A stretch of DNA of 64,000 nt from an uncultured virus (IMG/VR IMGVR_UViG_3300005512_000019) (Duplodnaviria; Heunggongvirae; Uroviricota; Caudoviricetes). The position numbers and the translations under genes are program-made. Position 1 is the first letter of the stretch; each line of letters starts with the position of its first letter. The notes beneath the pieces are model-generated. The model saw only the letters and a list, made by a program, of their open reading frames with translations. It was not told the DNA's origin and ran no database searches. Where the stretch lies: IMG/VR virus record IMGVR_UViG_3300005512_000019; one strand, 5' to 3'. Shown here piece after piece: positions 9,412 through 17,602 of this stretch.

Positions 9412-10941
9412 ATGAAGAAGAAGCCCAAGACAGCCATGACCGAGACCCGATTCAATGGGCTGGTCACCCTCATGAGCGCACTTGTGCGTCAGGAGGTCCT
9501 TGACGGGGAGACCTATCTGGTATGCCCCGTGATCCTCATGACAGAGGGGGTCCACAACAACACCCTCTACACTCGGGATGAGCTGGCCAAATTCCCTGAT
9601 GCCTGGAACGGACGGCCGCTCCCGGTTTACCACCCCATTGAGAACGGGAAGCCCGTCACCGCAAACAACCCTCAGACCCTCAGCCAGACCTCGGTGGGCT
9701 ACCTCTTCAACGTCCACTTTGAGGTGGACAAGAATCAGGACCTGGGCAAGCTCAAGGGGGAGGCCTGGATCAATCCCGAGAAGGCCCTGGAGATCAACCC
9801 CCGAGTCATGGAGAAGCTCAACGCCAATGAGCCCATGGAGGTCTCCACGGGGGTGTTCACCGAGAATGAGATGGTGGAGGGCACCTGGGGCTCGGAGACG
9901 TACCTGGCAATTGCTCACAACCTCCGGCCGGACCACCTGGCCCTCCTGCCCGATGGGATCGGGGCCTGCTCCTGGGATGATGGTGCGGGCCTCCCCCGCC
10001 TGAATCACGCCCAGACCGATGAGGACCGCCTGAACATCCTCCGGGCTCTCGGGCCGTCCCTGCGGGCCAAGTTCAGCCGTAATGAAATGTCCTTCTCGGC
10101 TATCAGGACGGCCCTGGCCGGGATCGTGCGCAGCAACATCTCACTTGGGGACAAGGACTGGCTGTCCGTGAGGGACGTGTTCCAGACGTTCTTTGTCTAC
10201 GAGGTGGAGAAGGGAGGGCTGGAGAATCCGGGCAAGATTGAATTGTTTAAGCAGGCCTACTCCGTGGATGCGGAGGAGAAGGTGCTGCTGAGTGGGGACC
10301 CGATCCCCGTGCGGGAGGCGGTCAGCTACGTCCCCGTGGTGGCGAACAACAACGAGTCCACTCCCGCTGTGGGGGAGGACACAAATGAAGGAGGCGCACG
10401 AATGGAGCGCAAGGAACAGGTGGACGCCCTCATCGCCAACGAGAGTTGCGCATGGGGGGAAGCCCACAGGGACTTCCTGATGAACCTCGGGGACGATGAG
10501 TTCACCGTGGTGGAGAAGGAAGCCCTGAAGGTGAATGAGGAGCCCGCCCCCGCCCCCGCCCCCGCCCAGAAGGCGGAAGGAGCGGAGGAGGAGCCCGCCC
10601 CCGCAGCGGCCCCGGCCGTCAACGCCCAGGAGCCCAAGACCGTTGAGGAGTTCATCGGCAAGGCCCCGGCGGAGATGCAGGGAATGCTGAGGGCAGGTCT
10701 CCAGACGTACCAGAGCCAGAAGAAGGCCCTGGTGGAGTCCCTCGTGGCGAACAGCAACTGCTCGTTCAGCCGTGAGGAGTTGGAAGGGAAGGACGTCAAG
10801 GAGCTGCAGGCTCTGGCCCGTCTGGCGGGACGCAAGGAAGAGGATGACCCGGAGGTGGACTTCTCCGCCCTGAGCATCAATGACCTCAGCGTCAACGATG
10901 ACCAGCCGGAGGCCATGCCGGAGATGTCCTTCACGAAGTAG
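9412..10941 (+). CDS. prohead protease/scaffold fusion (DUF2213-like)
   Basis: EGVHN, WNGRPLPVYHP, MEVSTG, PDHLALLPDGIGACSWDDGAG, then an acidic Pro/Ala-rich scaffold-like C-terminus; start set at ATG 9412 (GGAGG SD). Confidence 0.8.
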   Translation: MKKKPKTAMTETRFNGLVTLMSALVRQEVLDGETYLVCPVILMTEGVHNNTLYTRDELAKFPDAWNGRPLPVYHPIENGKPVTANNPQTLSQTSVGYLFNVHFEVDKNQDLGKLKGEAWINPEKALEINPRVMEKLNANEPMEVSTGVFTENEMVEGTWGSETYLAIAHNLRPDHLALLPDGIGACSWDDGAGLPRLNHAQTDEDRLNILRALGPSLRAKFSRNEMSFSAIRTALAGIVRSNISLGDKDWLSVRDVFQTFFVYEVEKGGLENPGKIELFKQAYSVDAEEKVLLSGDPIPVREAVSYVPVVANNNESTPAVGEDTNEGGARMERKEQVDALIANESCAWGEAHRDFLMNLGDDEFTVVEKEALKVNEEPAPAPAPAQKAEGAEEEPAPAAAPAVNAQEPKTVEEFIGKAPAEMQGMLRAGLQTYQSQKKALVESLVANSNCSFSREELEGKDVKELQALARLAGRKEEDDPEVDFSALSINDLSVNDDQPEAMPEMSFTK

Positions 10942-11006
10942 GGGGAAGGCCTCCCGGCTAGCCGGGGACGGCTCCCTGTGTAGCCACAGACAAGGAGTAC
11001 ATTGAG

Positions 11007-11456
11007 ATGGCTTACAAGAAGATTGTGATCAAGGGCTCGGGGATTCGGATTGAGCGCACGGCAGCGGCAGCGTTCACCCCCGGCCACATCGTGGACATCA
11101 CGTCTGCCGACAAGCTGCAGAAGCACGGCACGGCGGGTGGAACCATGGCGGCTCTCGTAGCGGTGGAGGATGACCTCCAGGGCAACGGGATTGCAACCGC
11201 CTATAGTGCCAGCAACCAGGCCCAGGCCGAGTTTCTCCGCCCCGGAGATGAGGCCTACATCTACCTGGCGGCGGGTGAGAACGTTGCCATTGGCGACACG
11301 CTGGAGTCCCACGGTGATGGGTGCCTCCGCAAGGAAGTGACCGGCAGCGGTGCCTCGGTGGCCCCGAGCCGTGCCAAGTTCATCGCAGCGGAAGCCAAGG
11401 ACCTCTCGGCCTCTGGGGCGGTGGACACCCGCATCCTCGTGACCTGCATCGCGTAG
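11007..11456 (+). CDS. head decoration/cement protein
   Basis: Small Ala/Gly-rich beta protein between scaffold and major capsid (LAAGENVAIGDTLESHGDG). Confidence 0.7.
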   Translation: MAYKKIVIKGSGIRIERTAAAAFTPGHIVDITSADKLQKHGTAGGTMAALVAVEDDLQGNGIATAYSASNQAQAEFLRPGDEAYIYLAAGENVAIGDTLESHGDGCLRKEVTGSGASVAPSRAKFIAAEAKDLSASGAVDTRILVTCIA

Positions 11457-11514
11457 CCCTTCTGGGCCGAGACGATGAAGCCTCCAACGAGAGGCGGAAG
11501 GAGAAACAGAACAG

Positions 11515-12522
11515 ATGAGAAAGAGTGAGTTGAAAGCACTGATGGACACGCTGGTCATGAGCGGCGGGACCCTCGGTGGGGGCCGGATGGCCCAGAAGCT
11601 GTTGGCCGCCAACATGGACGTGCGGGCTCTGCGTACCAACGCCACCCTCCGCAAGGATGAGTGGAAGGAGTACGACACCGCCGTGATCCGTGCCGCGCAG
11701 GAGCGGCTGATTGGTGTGGCGGACCTCTACTCCCGTGGACTGGTCTACAAGCTGAACAACGGCTTGGGCAGGATGGTCCTGGAGTATGAGAAGATGAGTG
11801 ATATGGAAGGTGCGCAGCTGTCCATGGATGGTGTGACGAGGGGCCGGAAGGACCGCCCCGAGTTCACCATGGGCTACCTGCCCCTGCCGATCATTCACGG
11901 TGACTTTGACATCAACATCCGTCAGCTGACGGCCTCCCGCACGACGGGAGCCCCGCTGGACACCACGATGGCTGAGGTCAAGGCCCGGAAGGTCTCGGAG
12001 AAGATGGAGGAGCTGCTGTTCCAGGGCTCCAGCTCGTACACCTTTGGCGGCGGGACCATCTACGGTTATGTGGACTTTCCGCAGCGCAACACGGTGAGCC
12101 TCTCGGCCAACTGGGATGCCTCGGGCAAGACCCCGGCCCTCATCCGTGACGACGTGCTGGCCATGAAGCAGGCTTCCATCGATGACCTGTTCTTTGGCCC
12201 GTGGGTGCTCTACGTCCCCGCCAACTACGAGACCGTGTTGGACCGGGACTATGACGCCACCCGTGGCAACACGATCCGGGAGAGGCTCCTGGCCATCCAG
12301 GGTATCCAGGACATCAAGGTCATCGACAAGCTGGCCGATGACAACGTGCTCCTCGTGCAGATGACCTCGGACGTCATCCGCTGGGTGGAGGGTCTCCCTC
12401 TGACCAACGTGGAGTGGGATGAGGAAGGCGGGATGAAGACCAACTTCAAGGTCATGGCCATCGGCGTGCCGCAGATTCGCAGCGACTACAACGGCCGCTG
12501 CGGGGTCGTGCACCTGTCGTAG
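11515..12522 (+). CDS. major capsid protein (HK97 fold, linocin M18/encapsulin-related type)
   Basis: NATLRKDEWKEYDTAV, LPLPIIHGDF, GPWVLYVP, FKVMAIGVPQIRSD; position in the head module. Confidence 0.9.
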   Translation: MRKSELKALMDTLVMSGGTLGGGRMAQKLLAANMDVRALRTNATLRKDEWKEYDTAVIRAAQERLIGVADLYSRGLVYKLNNGLGRMVLEYEKMSDMEGAQLSMDGVTRGRKDRPEFTMGYLPLPIIHGDFDINIRQLTASRTTGAPLDTTMAEVKARKVSEKMEELLFQGSSSYTFGGGTIYGYVDFPQRNTVSLSANWDASGKTPALIRDDVLAMKQASIDDLFFGPWVLYVPANYETVLDRDYDATRGNTIRERLLAIQGIQDIKVIDKLADDNVLLVQMTSDVIRWVEGLPLTNVEWDEEGGMKTNFKVMAIGVPQIRSDYNGRCGVVHLS

Positions 12523-12545
12523 CCGTCCCCCGAGGGGACATGAAC

Positions 12546-12581
12546 GGGCCTCCGGCGGACATTCCCCGGAGGCCCTTCAGT
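12546..12581 (+). terminator. hairpin/putative terminator after the capsid gene
   Basis: GGGCCTCCGG-N10-CCGGAGGCCC 10-bp stem with a weak U tail. Confidence 0.55.
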
Positions 12582-12606
12582 AGAGACAAGCAGGAGGTAA
12601 ACAATC

Positions 12607-12963
12607 ATGATTCACAAGTTCAGACTGGATGAGGGGAATCACCGCCAGAGGGAAGATGGCCTGGTGGTCACCTACGTCCCCGGTGACGTGGTCCTCTCCG
12701 AGAGGCCCTTGGACCGCATCTTTCTCAACAAGTTCACCCGGATCGGGGTGGAAGAGGCCGAGGAGCCGGAGGAAGAGGCCGAGGAGCCGGAGGAAGAGGC
12801 CGAGGAGCCGGAGGAAGAGGCCGAGAGCGTGGCAGGGAGTGGCGCAGATGATGCGGAAGCCCCCGCCCCCACACGGAAGGCCAAGCCCCCCGTCAACGTG
12901 AAGAAGGTGGCCAAGAAAACGGCCCACCGCAACACCACCCGCCGGACCTCCCGGCCCAAGTAG
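12607..12963 (+). CDS. small capsid-adjacent protein with acidic repeats and basic tail
   Basis: AGGAGG SD; (EEAEEPE)n repeat followed by a Lys/Arg-rich C-terminus. Confidence 0.7.
   Translation: MIHKFRLDEGNHRQREDGLVVTYVPGDVVLSERPLDRIFLNKFTRIGVEEAEEPEEEAEEPEEEAEEPEEEAESVAGSGADDAEAPAPTRKAKPPVNVKKVAKKTAHRNTTRRTSRPK
12751..12825 (+). repeat. 21-bp tandem repeat GAAGAGGCCGAGGAGCCGGAG, ~3.6 copies
   Basis: Read directly from the sequence. Confidence 0.95.
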
Positions 12964-12974
12964 GGAGAATTGCG

Positions 12975-13619
12975 TTGACCCAGGCTTCAACAGGTCAGTT
13001 CTGGAAGGCTCCCCGGCTCTGGACGGGAGACACGTGCTTGATACTCGGGGGCGGGCCGAGCTTGCTGCCCAACCTGTTGAAGACTCCGGTGGACAAGGTC
13101 AGGGAGTGCCGAGTGATCGGCTGCAACGATGCCTACCTGTTTGGAGCCTGGGTTGACATTTGTGTGTTCACGGATGAGCACTGGTTTTACCGTCACTGTG
13201 ACTGGCTGCTCGGAGGCTACCGGGGCCGGAAGGTGACCAACCTGGAGAAGCTATCCGGGCAGCGCGGACTGAATGTCATGCGCCGGATCAATGAGGGCTT
13301 CTCCGCCCAGAGGGACGCCCTGGCCCTCAACACCAACACCGGGGCGGCGGCTATCAATCTGGCGTGCCTCCTCGGGGTCAGCCGGATCGTGCTTGTAGGC
13401 TTTGACATGAAGGCCGATGAGAGGACCGGGGCCACCAACTGGCACCCCAACGATCTGGACCAGAATCCCGATGGAGTGTATGAGAAGTTTTTGAGGTGGT
13501 TCCAGCACGTGAAGCTGGGGCTGAAGGAGCACTTCCCCGAGGTGGAGGTGCTGAATGCAACGCCGGGGAGCAGGCTCAAGGCCTTCCCCATCAAGCCTCT
13601 GTGGGAGGTACTGAAGTGA
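12975..13619 (+). CDS. DUF115/MptE-like (Maf/sialyltransferase-like) putative glycosyltransferase
   Basis: CLILGGGPSL, VIGCNDAY, NTGAAAINLA, IVLVGFDM, NATPGSRL motifs. Confidence 0.75.
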   Translation: MTQASTGQFWKAPRLWTGDTCLILGGGPSLLPNLLKTPVDKVRECRVIGCNDAYLFGAWVDICVFTDEHWFYRHCDWLLGGYRGRKVTNLEKLSGQRGLNVMRRINEGFSAQRDALALNTNTGAAAINLACLLGVSRIVLVGFDMKADERTGATNWHPNDLDQNPDGVYEKFLRWFQHVKLGLKEHFPEVEVLNATPGSRLKAFPIKPLWEVLK

Positions 13620-14284
13620 GTTTCAAGAGCCCGATCATTGTGACAGGAGCGGCCCGGAGCGGGACCAGTCTGGTGACGGGTATCTTTGCGCACTGCGGGG
13701 CCTGGGTCGGGGAGACCTTTGACGGGACCCCGGACAACCCCAAGGGCTTCATGGAGAACATCACCATTCGGGAGCGGGTCCTCAAGCCTCTGCTAGCCAA
13801 GGCCGGAGCGGACCCCAAGGGACAGCGGCCCCTCCCCGAGCTGAAGGACCTCCCCGACATCTCCGTGACGGGCCAGATTCTGACTGCGATCAACCGCCAG
13901 GGCTACCCCGGCGGGCCGTGGGTGTTCAAGGGAGTCAAGTGCTGCTTGACCTGGCCCATCTGGGTCCGATCCTTCCCCGAGGCAACCTGGATCATCGTCA
14001 GGCGGGACCCGGAGGACATCCTGACCAGCGTCCTGAATGCAAGTTTCATGAGGGCCTACCGGAGCCGGGAGGGCTGGAGGAAGTGGTACAGCGTTTATGA
14101 CCAGAGGCTTTGTGAGTTGGAGGGGAGTGCCCTCAACAAGTACGTGGTCCGCCCCGCTGACATTGTCCGGGGGGACTTTGGTATGATCCGGGAGGCCGTC
14201 CGGGCATCCGGGCTAGCCTGGGATCAGAAGGCGGTTGACAAGTGGGTTGACCCGAGCCTGTTTGGAGGTAGTGATGGCAAGTAG
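13616..14284 (+). CDS. sulfotransferase family protein
   Basis: 5'-PSB motif IIVTGAARSGTS, NPKGFMEN, WIIVRRDPEDI; GTG start overlaps the upstream stop. Confidence 0.85.
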   Translation: MSFKSPIIVTGAARSGTSLVTGIFAHCGAWVGETFDGTPDNPKGFMENITIRERVLKPLLAKAGADPKGQRPLPELKDLPDISVTGQILTAINRQGYPGGPWVFKGVKCCLTWPIWVRSFPEATWIIVRRDPEDILTSVLNASFMRAYRSREGWRKWYSVYDQRLCELEGSALNKYVVRPADIVRGDFGMIREAVRASGLAWDQKAVDKWVDPSLFGGSDGK

Positions 14285-14684
14285 AGTCACAGACAATGAG
14301 GTCAAGGGAATCATTGAGGTGGACGCCACCCTGACGGACCTCTCGGCCTTCCGTACCGCAGCCAATCAGATCGTGGTTCAGCACCTGGAGGACCTGGACG
14401 CCTATGACGGCACGGACGGGGAGGCCCAGCTCAAGGAGATTGAACGCTGGCTGTCCGCTCACATGGTGGCGATACGGGATATGCGGGTGGCCAACGAGAA
14501 GGCCGGCAGCGTGGGTCAGGCCTTCCAGTACAAGCTGGGGCTCAATCTCCAGGTCACGATGTACGGTCAGACGGCCTGCATGCTGGATAGCACGGGGACC
14601 CTCCTGAGCCTCTCCAACTCCAAGGGCCGGAAAGCGGCAACGATCACCTCCATGGACCCCGTATATGATGAGGATGAAGTGTAA
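14274..14684 (+). CDS. head-tail adaptor
   Basis: EIERWLSAHMV and TMYGQTACMLDSTG motifs; position. Confidence 0.8.
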   Translation: MASRVTDNEVKGIIEVDATLTDLSAFRTAANQIVVQHLEDLDAYDGTDGEAQLKEIERWLSAHMVAIRDMRVANEKAGSVGQAFQYKLGLNLQVTMYGQTACMLDSTGTLLSLSNSKGRKAATITSMDPVYDEDEV

Positions 14685-15037
14685 TGGGCATTATCACAAA
14701 GATGCGGAAACAGACAGCCGTCTATTGGGCCCCCAGCACGCCGGACGGGACCGGGGGGACGGCTTTTGGTACCGCCACAGACATCTCCTGTCGCTGGGAG
14801 GATCGGGCTGAGAGGTTCACAGACACCGCCGGGGTGGAGCATATCTCCCGAGCGGTTGTGTACGTGGATCGGGTCCTGGCTCTCGGGGGATGGCTCCGGC
14901 TAGGTGCCAAGGCGGACCTCTCCCCGGATCAGATCACTGCCGGCCCGCAGAGGCTGACCAACGCATTCAGGATCAAGCGGGTGGACGCCCTGCCCAATTT
15001 GAAGGCAACCGAGACGTTGAGGACGGTGTACCTGTGA
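14684..15037 (+). CDS. head closure (stopper) protein
   Basis: QTAVYWAP, ISCRWED, SRAVVY; position. Confidence 0.75.
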   Translation: MGIITKMRKQTAVYWAPSTPDGTGGTAFGTATDISCRWEDRAERFTDTAGVEHISRAVVYVDRVLALGGWLRLGAKADLSPDQITAGPQRLTNAFRIKRVDALPNLKATETLRTVYL

Positions 15038-15546
15038 AGACTGGGATGAGAACAGAAGGCCTTGAGGCCGTGCTGATGAAGCTGGACAAAGTGCTCCAGG
15101 CTATCCCCTTCAAGTCCCTCCAGGGCTTGATAGCGGCCGGGATGCGCATCAAGAGAGCGGCACAGAAGGGCTGTCCAGTGGACACGGGCAATCTCAAGGC
15201 CTCCGCCTTCGTTGTGTGGAGCGGGGGCGGACTACAGGATGGTGTGCCCAAGTTCACCACCCAGGACGCCCAGGGGGTAGAGGTCCTCACCTCAGAGCAG
15301 CTGGTCCAAATGGGTCAGGATCATATCAAGATAGTGAATGAGGCCCAGACCTCCCTTCCCCTGAACAAGTTCAAGCCCGCCGTGATTCTCGGCTTCACCG
15401 CCTTCTATGCAATCTTTGTTGAGGAGGATGATGAGGCCGATCACTCCCAGAGCGGAGGGGGAGGCGCACACTACTTCCGCAACGCTATTGACGGCAATCT
15501 CCTGCAGATTGGGCAGGATGTAGCGGAGGCATCGAAAGTGGCATGA
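15034..15546 (+). CDS. HK97 gp10-like neck/tail completion protein
   Basis: CPVDTGNLKAS and GFTAFYAIFVEE motifs. Confidence 0.85.
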   Translation: MKTGMRTEGLEAVLMKLDKVLQAIPFKSLQGLIAAGMRIKRAAQKGCPVDTGNLKASAFVVWSGGGLQDGVPKFTTQDAQGVEVLTSEQLVQMGQDHIKIVNEAQTSLPLNKFKPAVILGFTAFYAIFVEEDDEADHSQSGGGGAHYFRNAIDGNLLQIGQDVAEASKVA

Positions 15547-16004
15547 TGAAGTCTGTACATGAAGATTTGCAATATCTGCTTGTCACCACCTGGGTTGCTC
15601 AAGGGCTCTCCCTGGTCAACCTCTCCTCGGCCACGACTGATCAGTGGGCCATCGGCCGGAACAAGGAGGCCCCCTCCCCGGATCGGATGGTCACCCTGTA
15701 CGCTCTCCCCGGCGGACCCCCGCAGAGGTGTACCAACATCAGCCTCCCGGCCTACCGGACCCCCTCCGTCAGCATCCGGGTCCGGGGACGCACTGAGGAG
15801 GAGGCCGGAGACAAGGCCCGAGCCATACAGAAGGTGCTTGAGAAGGCGGGGCCTGTGTCTCTACCTGGGAGGGCCTCCGGGGACGCAGCAATGCGCTATA
15901 TGAGCTTTGAAGTTCTGACGGAGCCGGAGTGGCTCAAGATGGACGAGCATGACCGACACATTTGGACCTTCACGGTGAGGGTCCACCGCCAGGAGGCCAG
16001 CTGA
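15543..16004 (+). CDS. tail terminator protein
   Basis: PSVSIRVRG...DEHDRHIWTF pattern; position upstream of the tail tube gene. Confidence 0.7.
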   Translation: MMKSVHEDLQYLLVTTWVAQGLSLVNLSSATTDQWAIGRNKEAPSPDRMVTLYALPGGPPQRCTNISLPAYRTPSVSIRVRGRTEEEAGDKARAIQKVLEKAGPVSLPGRASGDAAMRYMSFEVLTEPEWLKMDEHDRHIWTFTVRVHRQEAS

Positions 16005-16020
16005 GAAGGAGGTACACGAT

Positions 16021-16368
16021 ATGGCCAATGAAGAAGGCAAGGTGAAGCAGGCGCAGGATAAGGTCCGGGCTCTGTTGGAGGAGCAGGGGTGGCGCAGCTA
16101 CGAGTACAGCGAGGCGGACTTCTTCAAGGACCGCCAGCTGACGGACAAGGAGGGCCTCCGGGTCCGGCTCGGCTTCCGGGATCGGAGCCTGGTGTTGGAC
16201 AAGGAGGTCCGGCTGACCAGGGCGGATCGTATCCGGCTGAAGACCTGCTTGAAGGTTGAATGGCAGGAGGTCCTGCGGAAGGGCATCCTGGGAGTCACGG
16301 CGGCGGCTCTGGTGAAGGAGCTGACGGCCGATCTGGTTGAACCCAGTGAGGAAAACGGGGCGGAGTAG
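16021..16368 (+). CDS. hypothetical protein
   Basis: AGGAGG SD; fills the gap between tail genes. Confidence 0.65.
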   Translation: MANEEGKVKQAQDKVRALLEEQGWRSYEYSEADFFKDRQLTDKEGLRVRLGFRDRSLVLDKEVRLTRADRIRLKTCLKVEWQEVLRKGILGVTAAALVKELTADLVEPSEENGAE

Positions 16369-16395
16369 TCCCGCCCAGAACAAGGAGAAAGGCAC

Positions 16396-16770
16396 ATGTC
16401 AGTAACACTGACCACGGGCGTGACGATCAGCGGCGCAAGCAGCTTCCTTGCGGAGATTGTTGCGGTTGATCCGCCCAACCCGAGCCGAGTGGCGATCAAC
16501 ACGTCACACACGGCCACAGAGGACGCACACACCTTCACCCCCGGTAAGCTGGTGGACTGGGGGGAGTGTCGCGTGACGATCCACCACAACCCGGCAACCT
16601 CCCCGCCTATTGACTCGGACCCCGAGGCATGGGTGATCACCTACGGGTCCGGGAGCGGAGCCCCCACGGACTCCTTCACGGGCTTCCTGACCAACTATGA
16701 GCCCACGGGGGAGCTGGAGAACAAGATGACGGCCCGAGTGACGATCAAGGTCACGGGGGCCGTCTCGTAA
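16396..16770 (+). CDS. major tail tube protein (minimal lambda gpV-like)
   Basis: INTSH...FTPGKLVDWGE...FTGFLT...VTIKVTG. Confidence 0.8.
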   Translation: MSVTLTTGVTISGASSFLAEIVAVDPPNPSRVAINTSHTATEDAHTFTPGKLVDWGECRVTIHHNPATSPPIDSDPEAWVITYGSGSGAPTDSFTGFLTNYEPTGELENKMTARVTIKVTGAVS

Positions 16771-16849
16771 CCGATGGAACACGGGAAGGAGCCCCGGCTC
16801 ACGGCGGGCCGGGGCTACCCCTGAGACGCAACAAGGAGGTAGAACAGTC

Positions 16850-17239
16850 ATGGAACAGTCACTGAATAGAGAATCAATCCTGGCAGCGCAAGACTGCACG
16901 ATCAAGCCCCGCCCCGTCCCCGAGTGGGGTGGCACCATCTTCATCAGGGAGATGGACGGCAAGACTCGGGCGGAGTTTGTGGACGCTATTGACGAGTACA
17001 CAGACGGGGATGGCAACGTGGACGGGGAGAACATGAAGCCCGAGTTGCTGGTGCGGACGCTGTGTGACTCCAGCGGTGAGCTCCTCTTCACCCACGAGGA
17101 CATTGAGGCCCTCCGGCTGAAGAACGGCCGTGTGGTGCACGCCCTCTTCATGGAAGCCAAAGACCTGAACGGGATCGGGAAGGATGCTGAGGCCAAAGCG
17201 GAGGGAAACTTGTCCACCGAGGAGGAGGAGAGCAACTAG
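16850..17239 (+). CDS. tail assembly chaperone G
   Basis: LNRESILAA, VPEWGG, LCDSSGELLF, ending EGN at a slippery site. Confidence 0.85.
   Translation: MEQSLNRESILAAQDCTIKPRPVPEWGGTIFIREMDGKTRAEFVDAIDEYTDGDGNVDGENMKPELLVRTLCDSSGELLFTHEDIEALRLKNGRVVHALFMEAKDLNGIGKDAEAKAEGNLSTEEEESN
17203..17209 (+). other. -1 programmed frameshift slippery site G GGA AAC
   Basis: In-frame X XXY YYZ heptamer; the -1 frame is open into ORF 17245..17595. Confidence 0.85.
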
Positions 17240-17595
17240 CTTGGATGCGGCTAGCTGTCCTCCTCGGTCAGCCCTCTGTATCCACGCTGAAGGCCCAGAT
17301 AACCAGCACGGAGTTCACCCGATGGAAAGCGTACATGAACGTCACAGACCCAGAGGCCCGAGCGGACCTGCGCTGTGCGGTTCTATGTGCGTGTATCCAG
17401 AATATGAATTCAAAGAGCAAGGTGGACCCAAAGGACTATCTCAGCTTCATCCGCCAGCAGGTCCGGGACTATATCCGGCCCCCACGCCCGCCCCGGCGGA
17501 TAAGCAAGAGGGAAGAGGTCCAGAGAGACACTCGGATACAGGCCACGTTCCAGCAGTGGTTTTCAGTGTTGGGCGTGAAAACCAAGAAGAGTTGA
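17203..17595 (+). CDS. tail assembly chaperone T region (GT fusion)
   Basis: ITSTEFTRWKAY and RADLRCA motifs; reached by -1 frameshift. Confidence 0.75.
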   Translation, partial: GKLVHRGGGEQLAWMRLAVLLGQPSVSTLKAQITSTEFTRWKAYMNVTDPEARADLRCAVLCACIQNMNSKSKVDPKDYLSFIRQQVRDYIRPPRPPRRISKREEVQRDTRIQATFQQWFSVLGVKTKKS

Positions 17596-17602
17596 GAGGT
17601 GC

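Noticed and set aside
10326..12513. Long antisense ORFs (e.g. 10326..11678, 11380..12513; also 28072..29211 and 38302..39483)
   Set aside because: Shadow frames of well-supported genes in GC-rich DNA, with no motifs or SD
11515..12522. Encapsulin nanocompartment system
   Set aside because: The resemblance to linocin M18 reflects the shared HK97 fold; the context (portal, protease, decoration, neck genes) identifies a phage capsid
12751..12825. CRISPR-like array
   Set aside because: Units are contiguous in-frame coding repeats with no unique spacers; the same applies to 53712-53804
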